A program made the position numbers and the translations under genes. The notes beneath the pieces are model-generated. The model made no database searches. It saw nothing but the letters and a program-made list of their open reading frames with translations, and had not been told where the DNA came from. Below are positions 24,055 through 36,820 of a stretch of DNA of 64,000 bases, in pieces (positions within the stretch are counted from its first letter, which is position 1; each line of letters starts with the position of its first letter). This DNA comes from Hydrogenophilales bacterium (lineage in GTDB: Bacteria > Pseudomonadota > Gammaproteobacteria > Burkholderiales > Eutrophovitaceae), in the NCBI GenBank assembly GCA_902627495.1, contig CACOJS010000007.1:11089-75088 (forward strand). Direction: 5' to 3'.

Positions 24055-24374
24055 AACTCTCGTAACAACCTCAAAAGCTGCCGGACAAAAACTTTGTGGT
24101 TAGCCTTAGGAACCAAACTTCTTACCCTTACAACAATATCCAAATTTCCTTTATTCCCAATTTCTTTCCGAATAGTTTCCCGGATAACCCGTCGTATTCG
24201 ATTTCTATCGACGGCTCGCGGACATACTCTATTAGGTATAACAACTCCTAGCCTCACAGCCCGACTCTCGAGAAAATTCTTCCGGGCAAGAATCACCACC
24301 CCACCACTCCCAGACATAAAAGGAAATCTTCCCCTATAATTAGCTTTTCCTGCTAATCCAAGTGGCTTCATCAC
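24051..24374 (-). CDS. rnpA: Ribonuclease P protein component
   Basis: RLGVVI and RNR motif AVDRNRIRRVIRE, DIVV; lies between rpmH and yidD. Confidence 0.88.
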   Translation of the reverse strand: MMKPLGLAGKANYRGRFPFMSGSGGVVILARKNFLESRAVRLGVVIPNRVCPRAVDRNRIRRVIRETIRKEIGNKGNLDIVVRVRSLVPKANHKVFVRQLLRLLREF

Positions 24375-24397
24375 TGTGGCCAGAATAGCTGGTACCT

Positions 24398-24532
24398 TTA
24401 GACGCTCACCCTCGTTCTGCCTTTGGCCCTCCTAGCATTGACAATTAATCTTCCACTTTTAGTTTTCATCCGGGCCCGAAAACCATGCGTCCTTGCCCTG
24501 CGAACCTTAGACGGTTGATAAGTTCTCTTCAT
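24398..24532 (-). CDS. rpmH: 50S ribosomal protein L34 (not in ORF track, 44 aa)
   Basis: Manual translation gives [44 protein letters not shown]. Confidence 0.97.
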   Translation of the reverse strand: MKRTYQPSKVRRARTHGFRARMKTKSGRLIVNARRAKGRTRVSV

Positions 24533-24634
24533 TTTAATTTATATATTCCATAGTACTAAAACCGCATAATGGTACACCCCTAAACCTAATTTTTGTTAAT
24601 TTCAGAAAATTTTTTTTATTTTTGCCAGATCTTC

Positions 24635-24704
24635 TGTGGATAACTTTGCCGGTCACTGTTAGAATCTACCATGGGGGTTTGGTTAGCCAACGCCTTTATC
24701 CACC
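24635..24704. promoter_or_regulatory. DnaA boxes in rpmH-dnaA intergenic region
   Basis: Perfect TGTGGATAA at 24635-24643 and TTATCCACC (1 mismatch) at 24696-24704. Confidence 0.8.
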
Positions 24705-24719
24705 TCATTATCAGGAGTA

Positions 24720-26054
24720 ATGATGATCGACTTTTGGGGCAAGTGCCTGATCCATCTAGAAAAAGTAGTTCCCCAAGAACAATTTCAAACTTGGATTGCT
24801 CCTCTTAAGGTAATTCACAATAATACTAGCTTAGAGATAAAAGCACCCAACCGGTTTGCCCTAGACCTAGTGAAAGAAAAGTATTTAAACGAAATTCATC
24901 GCTTAGGTAAGGAAATCCTGGAAATTGACCTCCAAATCAATTTCGGCTTATCTAAGCAATCCACACCCCAGTCATCTTCACCTGCCGGTAAACAGCTCTC
25001 TAAATCTAAAACTTTAAACAGACCAAACAAAACCGCAAATCGGATTAACCCTTCTTTTACATTTGATTCTTTTGTGACCGGGAAAGCCAATCAACTTGCT
25101 CGAGCTGCTGGCTTACAAGTCGGTGATAACCCAGGTGGCGCCTATAATCCTTTATTCATCTATGGGGGTGTTGGCTTAGGTAAGACCCACCTGCTCCATG
25201 CTGTGGGCAATATGGTTCTCAAAGAATTCCCAAGTGCCAAGGTCCGGTACACCCACGCCGAACAATATGTATCTGATGTTGTTAAAGCATACCAACACAA
25301 AGCATTTGACAGTTTCAAGAAATTTTACCATTCACTTGACTTGTTATTAATAGATGACGTTCAGTTTTTTGGCAATAAAACCAGAACCCAAGAAGAGTTT
25401 TTCTATGCCTACAATGCCCTAATAGAGGAACACAAACAAGTCGTAATTACCTGCGACTCTTATCCCAAAGAAATAACTGGTATTGAAGATCGTCTGATAT
25501 CGCGGTTTGGCTGGGGCCTAACCGTCGCTATCGAACCCCCTGAACTGGAAATGAGGGTAGCTATCCTCCTCAAAAAAGCATCGTCCGAGGATATTACCCT
25601 AAATGAAGATGTTGCCTTTTTTGTAGCCAATCTTATCCAATCTAACGTTAGAGAACTTGAGGGTGCTTTAAAGCGTATAGTTGCTTTTTCTAAGTTCTCT
25701 CGCCGCCCCATATCGGTTCCTGTGGCTAAAGAAGCCCTAAAAGACCTTCTAGCTGTCCAAACTAGACAAACGTCTGTAGACAATATACAAAAAGTAGTAG
25801 CTGATTACTTTAAAATAAAGGTGTCTGATATGTTTTCAAAGAAAAGGTCTCGAGCTGTGGCCCGACCTCGCCAAATAGCTATGGCACTTTCAAAGGAACT
25901 AACAACCAAAAGCCTCCCCGATATAGGTGAATCGTTCGGTGGTAGGGACCACACAACAGTCCTTCATGCCTGCAGGAAAATAACCGATCTTAGGTCTCAT
26001 GATTTGGACATCGCTCGTGCCTACGACGAACTTCTTGTATCCCTTAGAGGTTAA
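24720..26054 (+). CDS. dnaA: Chromosomal replication initiator DnaA
   Basis: [48 protein letters not shown]. Confidence 0.99.
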   Translation: MMIDFWGKCLIHLEKVVPQEQFQTWIAPLKVIHNNTSLEIKAPNRFALDLVKEKYLNEIHRLGKEILEIDLQINFGLSKQSTPQSSSPAGKQLSKSKTLNRPNKTANRINPSFTFDSFVTGKANQLARAAGLQVGDNPGGAYNPLFIYGGVGLGKTHLLHAVGNMVLKEFPSAKVRYTHAEQYVSDVVKAYQHKAFDSFKKFYHSLDLLLIDDVQFFGNKTRTQEEFFYAYNALIEEHKQVVITCDSYPKEITGIEDRLISRFGWGLTVAIEPPELEMRVAILLKKASSEDITLNEDVAFFVANLIQSNVRELEGALKRIVAFSKFSRRPISVPVAKEALKDLLAVQTRQTSVDNIQKVVADYFKIKVSDMFSKKRSRAVARPRQIAMALSKELTTKSLPDIGESFGGRDHTTVLHACRKITDLRSHDLDIARAYDELLVSLRG

Positions 26055-26260
26055 TAGAACAGTGGATAAATCTTTTATTAATTTGTTAGCAAACCATCCT
26101 TCACCGCTATCCGCAAATAATCCACAATTAGTGCACTCACTCCCTTTCTTTTATTTTCACTTTATCATTTCCCTAAATCAATGTAAGCAAACCGTTTTTA
26201 TCGCTTATCCACTGTTTTTCTCCTTACTAATTATTATTATTAATTTATATAAATAAACTT
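26055..26260. other. Probable replication origin oriC (dnaA-dnaN spacer)
   Basis: DnaA boxes AGTGGATAA (26061-69), TAATCCACA (26118-26) and TTATCCACT (26205-13), then TTA/CTA trinucleotide repeats (26224-42) and a 30-bp A/T-only run (26228-57). Predominant gene orientation flips near here. Confidence 0.75.
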
Positions 26261-29783
<3,523 letters not shown>

Positions 29784-29800
29784 ATCAACCTAAAATATCT

Positions 29801-32332
29801 CTATTTCCTTTTAGCCTTTTTTTTGGGGGTCTTTGAGGCTTTGTCTTTAAGAAAGCCGAGAGCGACTTCTAGAGTCACTTCGCTGGGATCGTAACTTTTG
29901 GGGACAGTAGCATTGAGCTTTCCATGTTTTACATAAGGACCAAATCTACCTTTGTGAAGTGACACCGGCCTTTGATCATCGGGGTGCTTCCCAAGATTAG
30001 TACCACCCCGTCCACCGGTGGAGGGTTGAGCCAACAATTCGATGGCTCGTGACAAAGTTATATCATATGGACTTTCTTCTTTTGGTATGGATTTAAAAGA
30101 TCCATCATGCTTTATGTACGGTCCAAACTGACCAATGGCTGCCGATATCGGAGCTTTTGTCTCGGGGTGATGGCCAAGTTCACGAGGCAGGGAAAGTAAT
30201 TTAATTGCTAAATCTAAGGCATCCTGATCGCCAGGGTCAGGAAGGCTCCGGTCTTTTGGCCAAGATGCCCTTTTCGGCTTTTTCTTAACTTTTGAATCAG
30301 GCATGCCCAACTGTACATATGGGCCGTAAGGCCCCCCCATTAATTTTATTTCCAATTTGTGATCCGGGTGTTCCCCCAGGCTAATCGGTTCTTTCAGTAT
30401 TGGTCCAGAGCCAAAGGGGTCAGTAAACTTACATTCTGGATAATTGCTACACCCTACGAACAACCCTCTCGTACTATTTTGTAATAATAACTTTCCTTTG
30501 CACTGGGGACACTTTTCAGTTTCTATTACTTCTACCTGTTCAGAGTTGGCTATTGAAAAGCTTTCCCAATCTCTAATGCTTTCGGTTGAAGCTGGGATAG
30601 GAATGCCCCTTTTGACTAAGTCTTTATCTTTAAGATCAAGAGAGAATTTTTCCCAAAAGTTGGACATTACCTTAGTCCATATTTGTTTTCCATTGGATAT
30701 TTCGTCTAAATCTTCTTCTAATTTAGCCGTAAAATCATATTCGAGATAGTTATCAAAATGAGATATTAAAAACCCGTTTACCAGTCGACCAACGTCGGTT
30801 GGTACGAATCTCTTTTTTTCGAGCTTAGTGTAACCCCTATCTTGAAGAGTAGTAATTATGGTGGCATACGTAGACGGTCTCCCAATGCCAAACTCTTCCA
30901 GCGTTTTGACTAAGCTTGCTTCACCGAATCTTGGGGGTGGTTGTGTAAAGTGTTGATCCCCATAAAATCGAGTCACTTTCACTGTTTGGTTCTCTACAAA
31001 ATTTGGCAGAGAGATTTCCTCTTCATTTTCCTTTTCTTCAGCATAAACCGCAGTGAAACCTTCAAAAACTAGTGTTTGCCCACTAGTACGAAATAAAGTC
31101 TGATTGTCCGGAGCCGCAAAATCAACACTGGTAGTGTTATATATAGCTGATGCCATTTGGCAAGCCACGGTACGTTTCCATATCAGGCTGTAAAGAGCAT
31201 ACTGTTTGGAATCAAGATAATTTTTTAGTGACGTCGGAGATCTTGAGATGAGAGTTGGTCGAACAGCCTCGTGTGCTTCTTGAGCATTTTTAGACTTGCT
31301 TTTATAAATTACTATATCCTTTGGTAGGTAATCCGATGAAAACTGAGATCTCACATGTTGTCGAATATCCTGAATAGCTTCATTAGATAAATTTACAGAG
31401 TCTGTTCGCATGTAAGTTATTAATCCTATAGACTCGTTTTCAATATTTATGCCTTCATACAACTGTTGGGCAACCATCATGGTTTCTCTAGCGGAAAACC
31501 CTAGCCGTCGTATACCCTCCTGTTGGAGGGTGGATGTGATGAAAGGAGCGGGAGGTTTTCTGCTTTTAGGCTTTTTGAGGACCTTAAATACTGTGACGGA
31601 CTCTTTACACTTTTCCTCTATCGAGGAGACAAACTCTTTGTGGGTATTTTCGTCTTTAATATCAAACTGTCCTAATTTCTTTCCCCTATAGGTTGTAAGT
31701 TTGGCTGAAAAAGGTTTTTTATCAATCTCACTGTCGAAATGAAGCGACCAGTACTCTTGTTTAATAAATTTTTCAATATCTTGCTCTCTTTCCACTATCA
31801 ATCGAAGAGCAGGGCTTTGAACCCTCCCGGCTGATAAGTTCCGACCTACCTTTTTCCAAAGTAAAGGGGATAAATTAAATCCTACCAAATGATCAAGTGC
31901 CCGCCTTGCTTGTTGTGCGTGAACCAAATCCATAGAAACTGTTCTTGGGTTAGCCACTGCTTCGGTAACAGCCTTTTTCGTTATTTCATAAAAGACTACT
32001 CTGAATAGCTTAGTTTTATCCAATATTTGCTTCTCTGTGAGTATTTCCGATAGATGCCAAGCGATAGCCTCTCCTTCTCTATCCGGGTCAGTGGCTAGAT
32101 AAACACTTTCCGATTGGGCTGCCGTTTTTATTATGTTATTTAGATGCTTCTCGTTGCGGTCGATTAGAGAATATCGCATGTCGAAATTTACATCTGGATT
32201 AACTGCACCCTCTTTTGCCTCAAGGTCCCTTACATGGCCATAGGAAGCTAGGATCTTAAAGTTTGCTCCTAAAAATTTTTTAAGTGTACTGGCTTTCGAG
32301 GGGGATTCAACAATTAACAAATGATCAGGCAT
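29801..32332 (-). CDS. topA: DNA topoisomerase I (type IA) with one Zn ribbon and C-terminal repeats
   Basis: IVESPSK, ATDPDREGEAI, SAGRVQS, catalytic ITYMRTDS, CPQC...CSNYPEC and GRFGPY-type repeats. Confidence 0.97.
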   Translation of the reverse strand: MPDHLLIVESPSKASTLKKFLGANFKILASYGHVRDLEAKEGAVNPDVNFDMRYSLIDRNEKHLNNIIKTAAQSESVYLATDPDREGEAIAWHLSEILTEKQILDKTKLFRVVFYEITKKAVTEAVANPRTVSMDLVHAQQARRALDHLVGFNLSPLLWKKVGRNLSAGRVQSPALRLIVEREQDIEKFIKQEYWSLHFDSEIDKKPFSAKLTTYRGKKLGQFDIKDENTHKEFVSSIEEKCKESVTVFKVLKKPKSRKPPAPFITSTLQQEGIRRLGFSARETMMVAQQLYEGINIENESIGLITYMRTDSVNLSNEAIQDIRQHVRSQFSSDYLPKDIVIYKSKSKNAQEAHEAVRPTLISRSPTSLKNYLDSKQYALYSLIWKRTVACQMASAIYNTTSVDFAAPDNQTLFRTSGQTLVFEGFTAVYAEEKENEEEISLPNFVENQTVKVTRFYGDQHFTQPPPRFGEASLVKTLEEFGIGRPSTYATIITTLQDRGYTKLEKKRFVPTDVGRLVNGFLISHFDNYLEYDFTAKLEEDLDEISNGKQIWTKVMSNFWEKFSLDLKDKDLVKRGIPIPASTESIRDWESFSIANSEQVEVIETEKCPQCKGKLLLQNSTRGLFVGCSNYPECKFTDPFGSGPILKEPISLGEHPDHKLEIKLMGGPYGPYVQLGMPDSKVKKKPKRASWPKDRSLPDPGDQDALDLAIKLLSLPRELGHHPETKAPISAAIGQFGPYIKHDGSFKSIPKEESPYDITLSRAIELLAQPSTGGRGGTNLGKHPDDQRPVSLHKGRFGPYVKHGKLNATVPKSYDPSEVTLEVALGFLKDKASKTPKKKAKRK

Positions 32333-32575
32333 TAGGTAATTCCCTATCTAGAGATTTTTTCATCACAAACTGGTGGAAGGTGAAAGACGATCAAAATTCT
32401 GAGGTTATACATTAATTTGGATAGTTATCAGGAACTAATGATTGGCTAAGCATCTCCCAAATCCCCCTGTTTCGTCAAGTTAGCCTTAAAAACTTCAGTT
32501 GGGGTCGATAAACAATTTACGACAAGTTTGATATTTTGTTACTCTTAAGGTAATTACCAAATACAAATAGTGACC

Positions 32576-33079
32576 ATGGCTATTCTTCCTATATTAACCT
32601 ATCCTGACCCTAGATTAAAAAAAATCGCCACCCCTATTGTTGTCGTGAATGACGAAATCCGCACTTTTGCCAAAAATATTGCCGAGACAATGTATGCTTC
32701 AAAGGGAATAGGTCTAGCCGCGACTCAAGTTAATGTGCATCAACAACTCATTGTCATAGACGTATCTCCCAACCAAGAACAATTACAAACTTTTATAAAT
32801 CCTCAAATTATTGCCCGAAAGGGGGAGATAGAATTTGAAGAGGGTTGTTTGAGTGTTCCCGAGACGTTAGTGAAAGTAGTTAGATCGGCTGAGATTACAG
32901 TTGAAGCCCTGAATTTAGAAGGAAAAAAAATTTTGAGGAGTGCGGAAGGTTTGGAGGCGGTGTGCTTACAGCATGAAATAGACCATTTAAAGGGAATAGT
33001 TTTTGTGGATTATCTTTCTCGTTTGAAACGAGAACGGGTTGGAAAAAAACTGCTTAAAATGCAAAAAAGTAGTTTGTGA
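32576..33079 (+). CDS. def: Peptide deformylase
   Basis: GIGLAATQ, EGCLS, QHEIDHLKG. ATG at 32576; the ORF track starts at the GTG at 32570. Confidence 0.98.
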   Translation: MAILPILTYPDPRLKKIATPIVVVNDEIRTFAKNIAETMYASKGIGLAATQVNVHQQLIVIDVSPNQEQLQTFINPQIIARKGEIEFEEGCLSVPETLVKVVRSAEITVEALNLEGKKILRSAEGLEAVCLQHEIDHLKGIVFVDYLSRLKRERVGKKLLKMQKSSL

Positions 33080-34035
33080 TGGAACAGCCTAAGAATTTAC
33101 CTCGGATTGTTTTTGCCGGCACTCCAGAATTTGCGGCAACTTCTCTTAGGGAATTACTGTTAGTCGGGTACCCAATAGCATTAGTTCTTACAGTACCAGA
33201 CAAGAGGGCGGGCCGCGGTCTTAAAATAAAACCTAATCCCGTTAAAATATTAGCAGAGCAGAGCCATATCCCCATTTTTCAACCAATAAAACTAGACACC
33301 GATTGTGTAGAAAACACTCTCATCGATGCCGATGCAAAAATTTTAGTTGTAGCGGCTTATGGGAAAATTCTGCCGTCAAGAATACTGAAAATTTTTAAGA
33401 AGGGATGTATAAATGTGCATGCCTCATTGTTGCCGAGATGGAGAGGTGCTGCCCCCATTGAAAGGGCGATTTTAGCGGGTGATAAGGAGACGGGAATTAG
33501 CATTATGCACATGGAAAAAGGGCTTGATACCGGGCCGGTTTATTTGGAGAAGCGCGAGAAAATCCGGCCCGATGATACTGCTGGCTCTCTCGAGCAGCGA
33601 TTAAGGGTTTTAGGAGCTGGAGCATTAGTCCAGTATTTGAATACCACTGTGGTTGCTGGACCGATTAAGCCTACCCCACAGCAGACAGAAAATATTACAT
33701 ACGCCCACAAAATTACCAAACTAGAGTCAAAAATAGAGTGGAAAAACTCAGCCAGTCAGATCAATAAGCTAATAAGAGCATTATCACCAAAAATCGGAGC
33801 GACTACTCTTTTGCAGGGCCGAGTTTTAAAAATTTGGAGGGCTAGTGCACGGGAGGGCCCGCGTTATGATACCCCCGGAACAATAGAAATAGAAAAATCA
33901 GGTTCGGTTTTAGTACATTGTGGATCTGGCCTGCTATCGATTGAGGATCTTCAAATTCAGGGAAAACGTCGAATGAAGGCCGAAAACTTTTTAAAAGGTG
34001 CTGGCAATATACACGGTAAAATAATGGGTAACTAA
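33076..34035 (+). CDS. fmt: Methionyl-tRNA formyltransferase
   Basis: FAGTPEFA, INVHASLLPRWRGAAPI, GLDTG. Confidence 0.98.
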   Translation: MMEQPKNLPRIVFAGTPEFAATSLRELLLVGYPIALVLTVPDKRAGRGLKIKPNPVKILAEQSHIPIFQPIKLDTDCVENTLIDADAKILVVAAYGKILPSRILKIFKKGCINVHASLLPRWRGAAPIERAILAGDKETGISIMHMEKGLDTGPVYLEKREKIRPDDTAGSLEQRLRVLGAGALVQYLNTTVVAGPIKPTPQQTENITYAHKITKLESKIEWKNSASQINKLIRALSPKIGATTLLQGRVLKIWRASAREGPRYDTPGTIEIEKSGSVLVHCGSGLLSIEDLQIQGKRRMKAENFLKGAGNIHGKIMGN

Positions 34036-34116
34036 TGTATCACACTGAAGCTCTGTAGATGTCCAATAATATGAAAGGATAAAAACATTTCTAGAAATAT
34101 AATTTCTCTCCTAGCG

Positions 34117-34638
34117 TTGTTCTTAATATTAGGCAGTGTAAAAGCTCAAGAAATTACTGTTAGAGAGGCTGAGGTAAAAAAAATTAATAGTGATTATTTT
34201 TTATCAGCGTCGTTTGATATTCAATTGTCTGAGGCACTTGAGGTTGCCCTTAGAAAAGGGGTTACTTTAAATTTTGTCCTTGATTTTGAATTGGGTAACC
34301 GAAGGTGGTATAGCTTGTTTCTGTGGAATGTCCCAGTCGTCAAGTATTCGCAGGCGTACGGACTTAGTTTTAACGCGTTGACACGTAACTACCGGTTGAC
34401 CTATGGAGGCTTGCATCAAAGTTTTGAAAACCTAAATGATGCACTAGCAGTTTTAGGAAAAGTAGGGAGACCCAGAGTTATCGGTGAGCACCATTTGAAA
34501 TTAGGACGGAAGTATCTCGCTCAGCTAAGAATGTATTTGGATAAGTCCAGACTTCCCAAGCCTTTTCAAATAGATGCTATTGGCTCCAGTGATTGGTCTC
34601 TTTCTTCAAATTGGTATTTTTGGCAGGTAATCAAGTGA
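34117..34638 (+). CDS. DUF4390-like periplasmic protein (start uncertain)
   Basis: ALRKGVTLNF, LSFNALTRNYRL, LPKPFQIDA...DW; conserved position upstream of the NtrY-like kinase. Confidence 0.8.
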   Translation: MFLILGSVKAQEITVREAEVKKINSDYFLSASFDIQLSEALEVALRKGVTLNFVLDFELGNRRWYSLFLWNVPVVKYSQAYGLSFNALTRNYRLTYGGLHQSFENLNDALAVLGKVGRPRVIGEHHLKLGRKYLAQLRMYLDKSRLPKPFQIDAIGSSDWSLSSNWYFWQVIK

Positions 34639-36803
34639 ATTTGAACCTAAAAAGGGTGCTGCTACTTTTGAGAACCAAAGGTATGCAAGTTCTGGTGATG
34701 ACAGCCCTTTCTTTAGGGGCAGTAATTTTATATTTGCTCTCGAAAGCAAGTTCGAATACCACCCTTTTTGCTAAAGATCTACCTTCATTGTTGGTGTTGG
34801 GGGTTTTTATGGTCATTATTTTACTTCTTTTGGTGGGTTATCAATTACTCCGAATTCGAAGGAGACTTAAGACTCGAGTATTTGGTTCAAAGCTAACCTT
34901 GAAGCTGGTTTTGCTGTTTTCGCTGGTGGCCGTAATGCCGGGAGCACTCATCTATTCTGTATCGGTCCAGTTTCTTGTGGGATCAATTGAATCATGGTTT
35001 GACGTGAGGGTGGACAAAGCACTGGAGGGAGGACTAAGTTTAGGGCGTTTAAACTTGGATGTTGGTTTGTCGGAGTTGCAACGGACAGCAGATACCATGG
35101 CACTAAATTTAATGGAAGAGACCAGGTCAGATCAGGTTTCTTTGGTTCATGAGTTAAGAGAAAAGTCAGGAATCTACGAGGCGGCTGTTATCGCGGCTGA
35201 TGGTGCTATAATCGCTTTTTCCAGTGCTGACCCTGATAGCCTTTTACCTCAGATGCTAGCCCCGTCAGTTTTAAGCAAAGTTAGAATGCAGCAATCGTAC
35301 GCAGTTATTGAACAAACAGGACAGTACAGTCTCCGTTTGAGGGTTGTAGTTCCCCTCAACGATGCAACGGGTGGAATAAAGGTTTTACAGCTCATCCAAC
35401 CAGTTTCTGATAACTTAGCAAGGGATGCTGCCATGGTAGAGCAAACCTATCGCGAGTATCAGAAGCTATCCTTATCACGGGAGGGTTTAAAAAAACTCTA
35501 TACCTTAGCACTTACTTTATCTCTTGGCCTGGCACTTTTGTCAGCCCTTTTACTAGCAGTATTATTTAGTGAAAAGCTATCTTACCCTTTAGGTTTTCTA
35601 GCCGCTGGAACGAAGGCTGTTGCCCAAGGTGATTTTTCAAAAAGATCGCCTGTCCAAGGAGGTGACGAGTTGAGCATGTTGACTAGCTCTTTCAATTCTA
35701 TGACCCAACAGCTTGCTGAGGCAAAGTTGACAGCAGAAACTAATCAAGCAGATTTGGGGGAAGCAAAAGAATACTTGGAGAGTGTTTTGGCCAATTTATC
35801 AGCCGGAGTAATTGCGTTTGATGAAAATTTTAATCCGCGGTCAGCAAACAGAAGTGCTAGTAAAATTTTAGGAGCTAGCTCGATCAATGAAAAAATATTA
35901 GACGCCACAGAGGAGTTAAGTTCTAGTCCATTGTGGTTGGCCCCCGTAGTAGCCGTAGCACGAGAAAATTTTGGAGAATCTGGTCAGGATCCCTGGGAAA
36001 AACAAATCGAACTGGACACAGACAAAGGACAGCAAGTTCTTCTTTTAAGAGGGTCTAGATTGTCATCTGGTGTGGCGACAGGATATGTACTAGTTTTTGA
36101 TGACATTACACATTTGCTCAGAGCTCAAAGAGATGCCGCGTGGAGTGAGGTGGCTAGGCGACTAGCCCATGAGATTAAAAATCCATTGACGCCAATCCAG
36201 CTTTCTGCTGAAAGACTCCAAAGTAGATTGGAGAAAACGGTTGATTCTGGGGCTCGCGAATTCTTGAATCGATCTACTATGACTATTGTTAATCAAGTCT
36301 CGGAATTGAAGGGAATGGTCGATGAATTTAGTCAGTATGCTCGATCACCTTCACCAGTATTTGAGGAGCTAGATCTGCATGGATTAGTTAAAGAAGTGCT
36401 AGATTTATACGATCAAGTTAAGTTGACAATCACCTTAGATCTCTCACAAGAGCCTATTGTGGTAATGGGGGATAAGACGAAACTTAGACAACTCATTCAC
36501 AATTTATTGCAGAATGCTGAGCAAGCTGGAAGAAGTAGTGATACTCCTCAAGTCAGTATTAGCACAAACCTAGAAGAATCCTTAGTAAGTTTAAAATTTC
36601 AGGACAATGGTACAGGCTTTCCACCAGATTTAATTGCTAGAGCATTTGAGCCGTATGTTACCACCAAATCTAAAGGAACCGGTTTGGGACTTGCAATCGT
36701 AAAAAAAATAGTTGAAGAACACAATGGGAAAATAACAATCGAGAATGCTAAGCAGTCGGGTGCAGTAATAAAAATAGTGTTTCCGACAAGATTGAGAACT
36801 TAA
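34635..36803 (+). CDS. NtrY-like PAS/HAMP sensor histidine kinase
   Basis: FGSKLTLKL, SIESWFDVRV, HAMP, AWSEVARRLAHEIKNPLTPIQLSAERL, GTGLGLAIVKKI. Start set at GTG overlapping the DUF4390 stop; the ORF track starts at 34593. Confidence 0.9.
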   Translation: MNLNLKRVLLLLRTKGMQVLVMTALSLGAVILYLLSKASSNTTLFAKDLPSLLVLGVFMVIILLLLVGYQLLRIRRRLKTRVFGSKLTLKLVLLFSLVAVMPGALIYSVSVQFLVGSIESWFDVRVDKALEGGLSLGRLNLDVGLSELQRTADTMALNLMEETRSDQVSLVHELREKSGIYEAAVIAADGAIIAFSSADPDSLLPQMLAPSVLSKVRMQQSYAVIEQTGQYSLRLRVVVPLNDATGGIKVLQLIQPVSDNLARDAAMVEQTYREYQKLSLSREGLKKLYTLALTLSLGLALLSALLLAVLFSEKLSYPLGFLAAGTKAVAQGDFSKRSPVQGGDELSMLTSSFNSMTQQLAEAKLTAETNQADLGEAKEYLESVLANLSAGVIAFDENFNPRSANRSASKILGASSINEKILDATEELSSSPLWLAPVVAVARENFGESGQDPWEKQIELDTDKGQQVLLLRGSRLSSGVATGYVLVFDDITHLLRAQRDAAWSEVARRLAHEIKNPLTPIQLSAERLQSRLEKTVDSGAREFLNRSTMTIVNQVSELKGMVDEFSQYARSPSPVFEELDLHGLVKEVLDLYDQVKLTITLDLSQEPIVVMGDKTKLRQLIHNLLQNAEQAGRSSDTPQVSISTNLEESLVSLKFQDNGTGFPPDLIARAFEPYVTTKSKGTGLGLAIVKKIVEEHNGKITIENAKQSGAVIKIVFPTRLRT

Positions 36804-36820
36804 ACAGAGAAAAATTAAGA

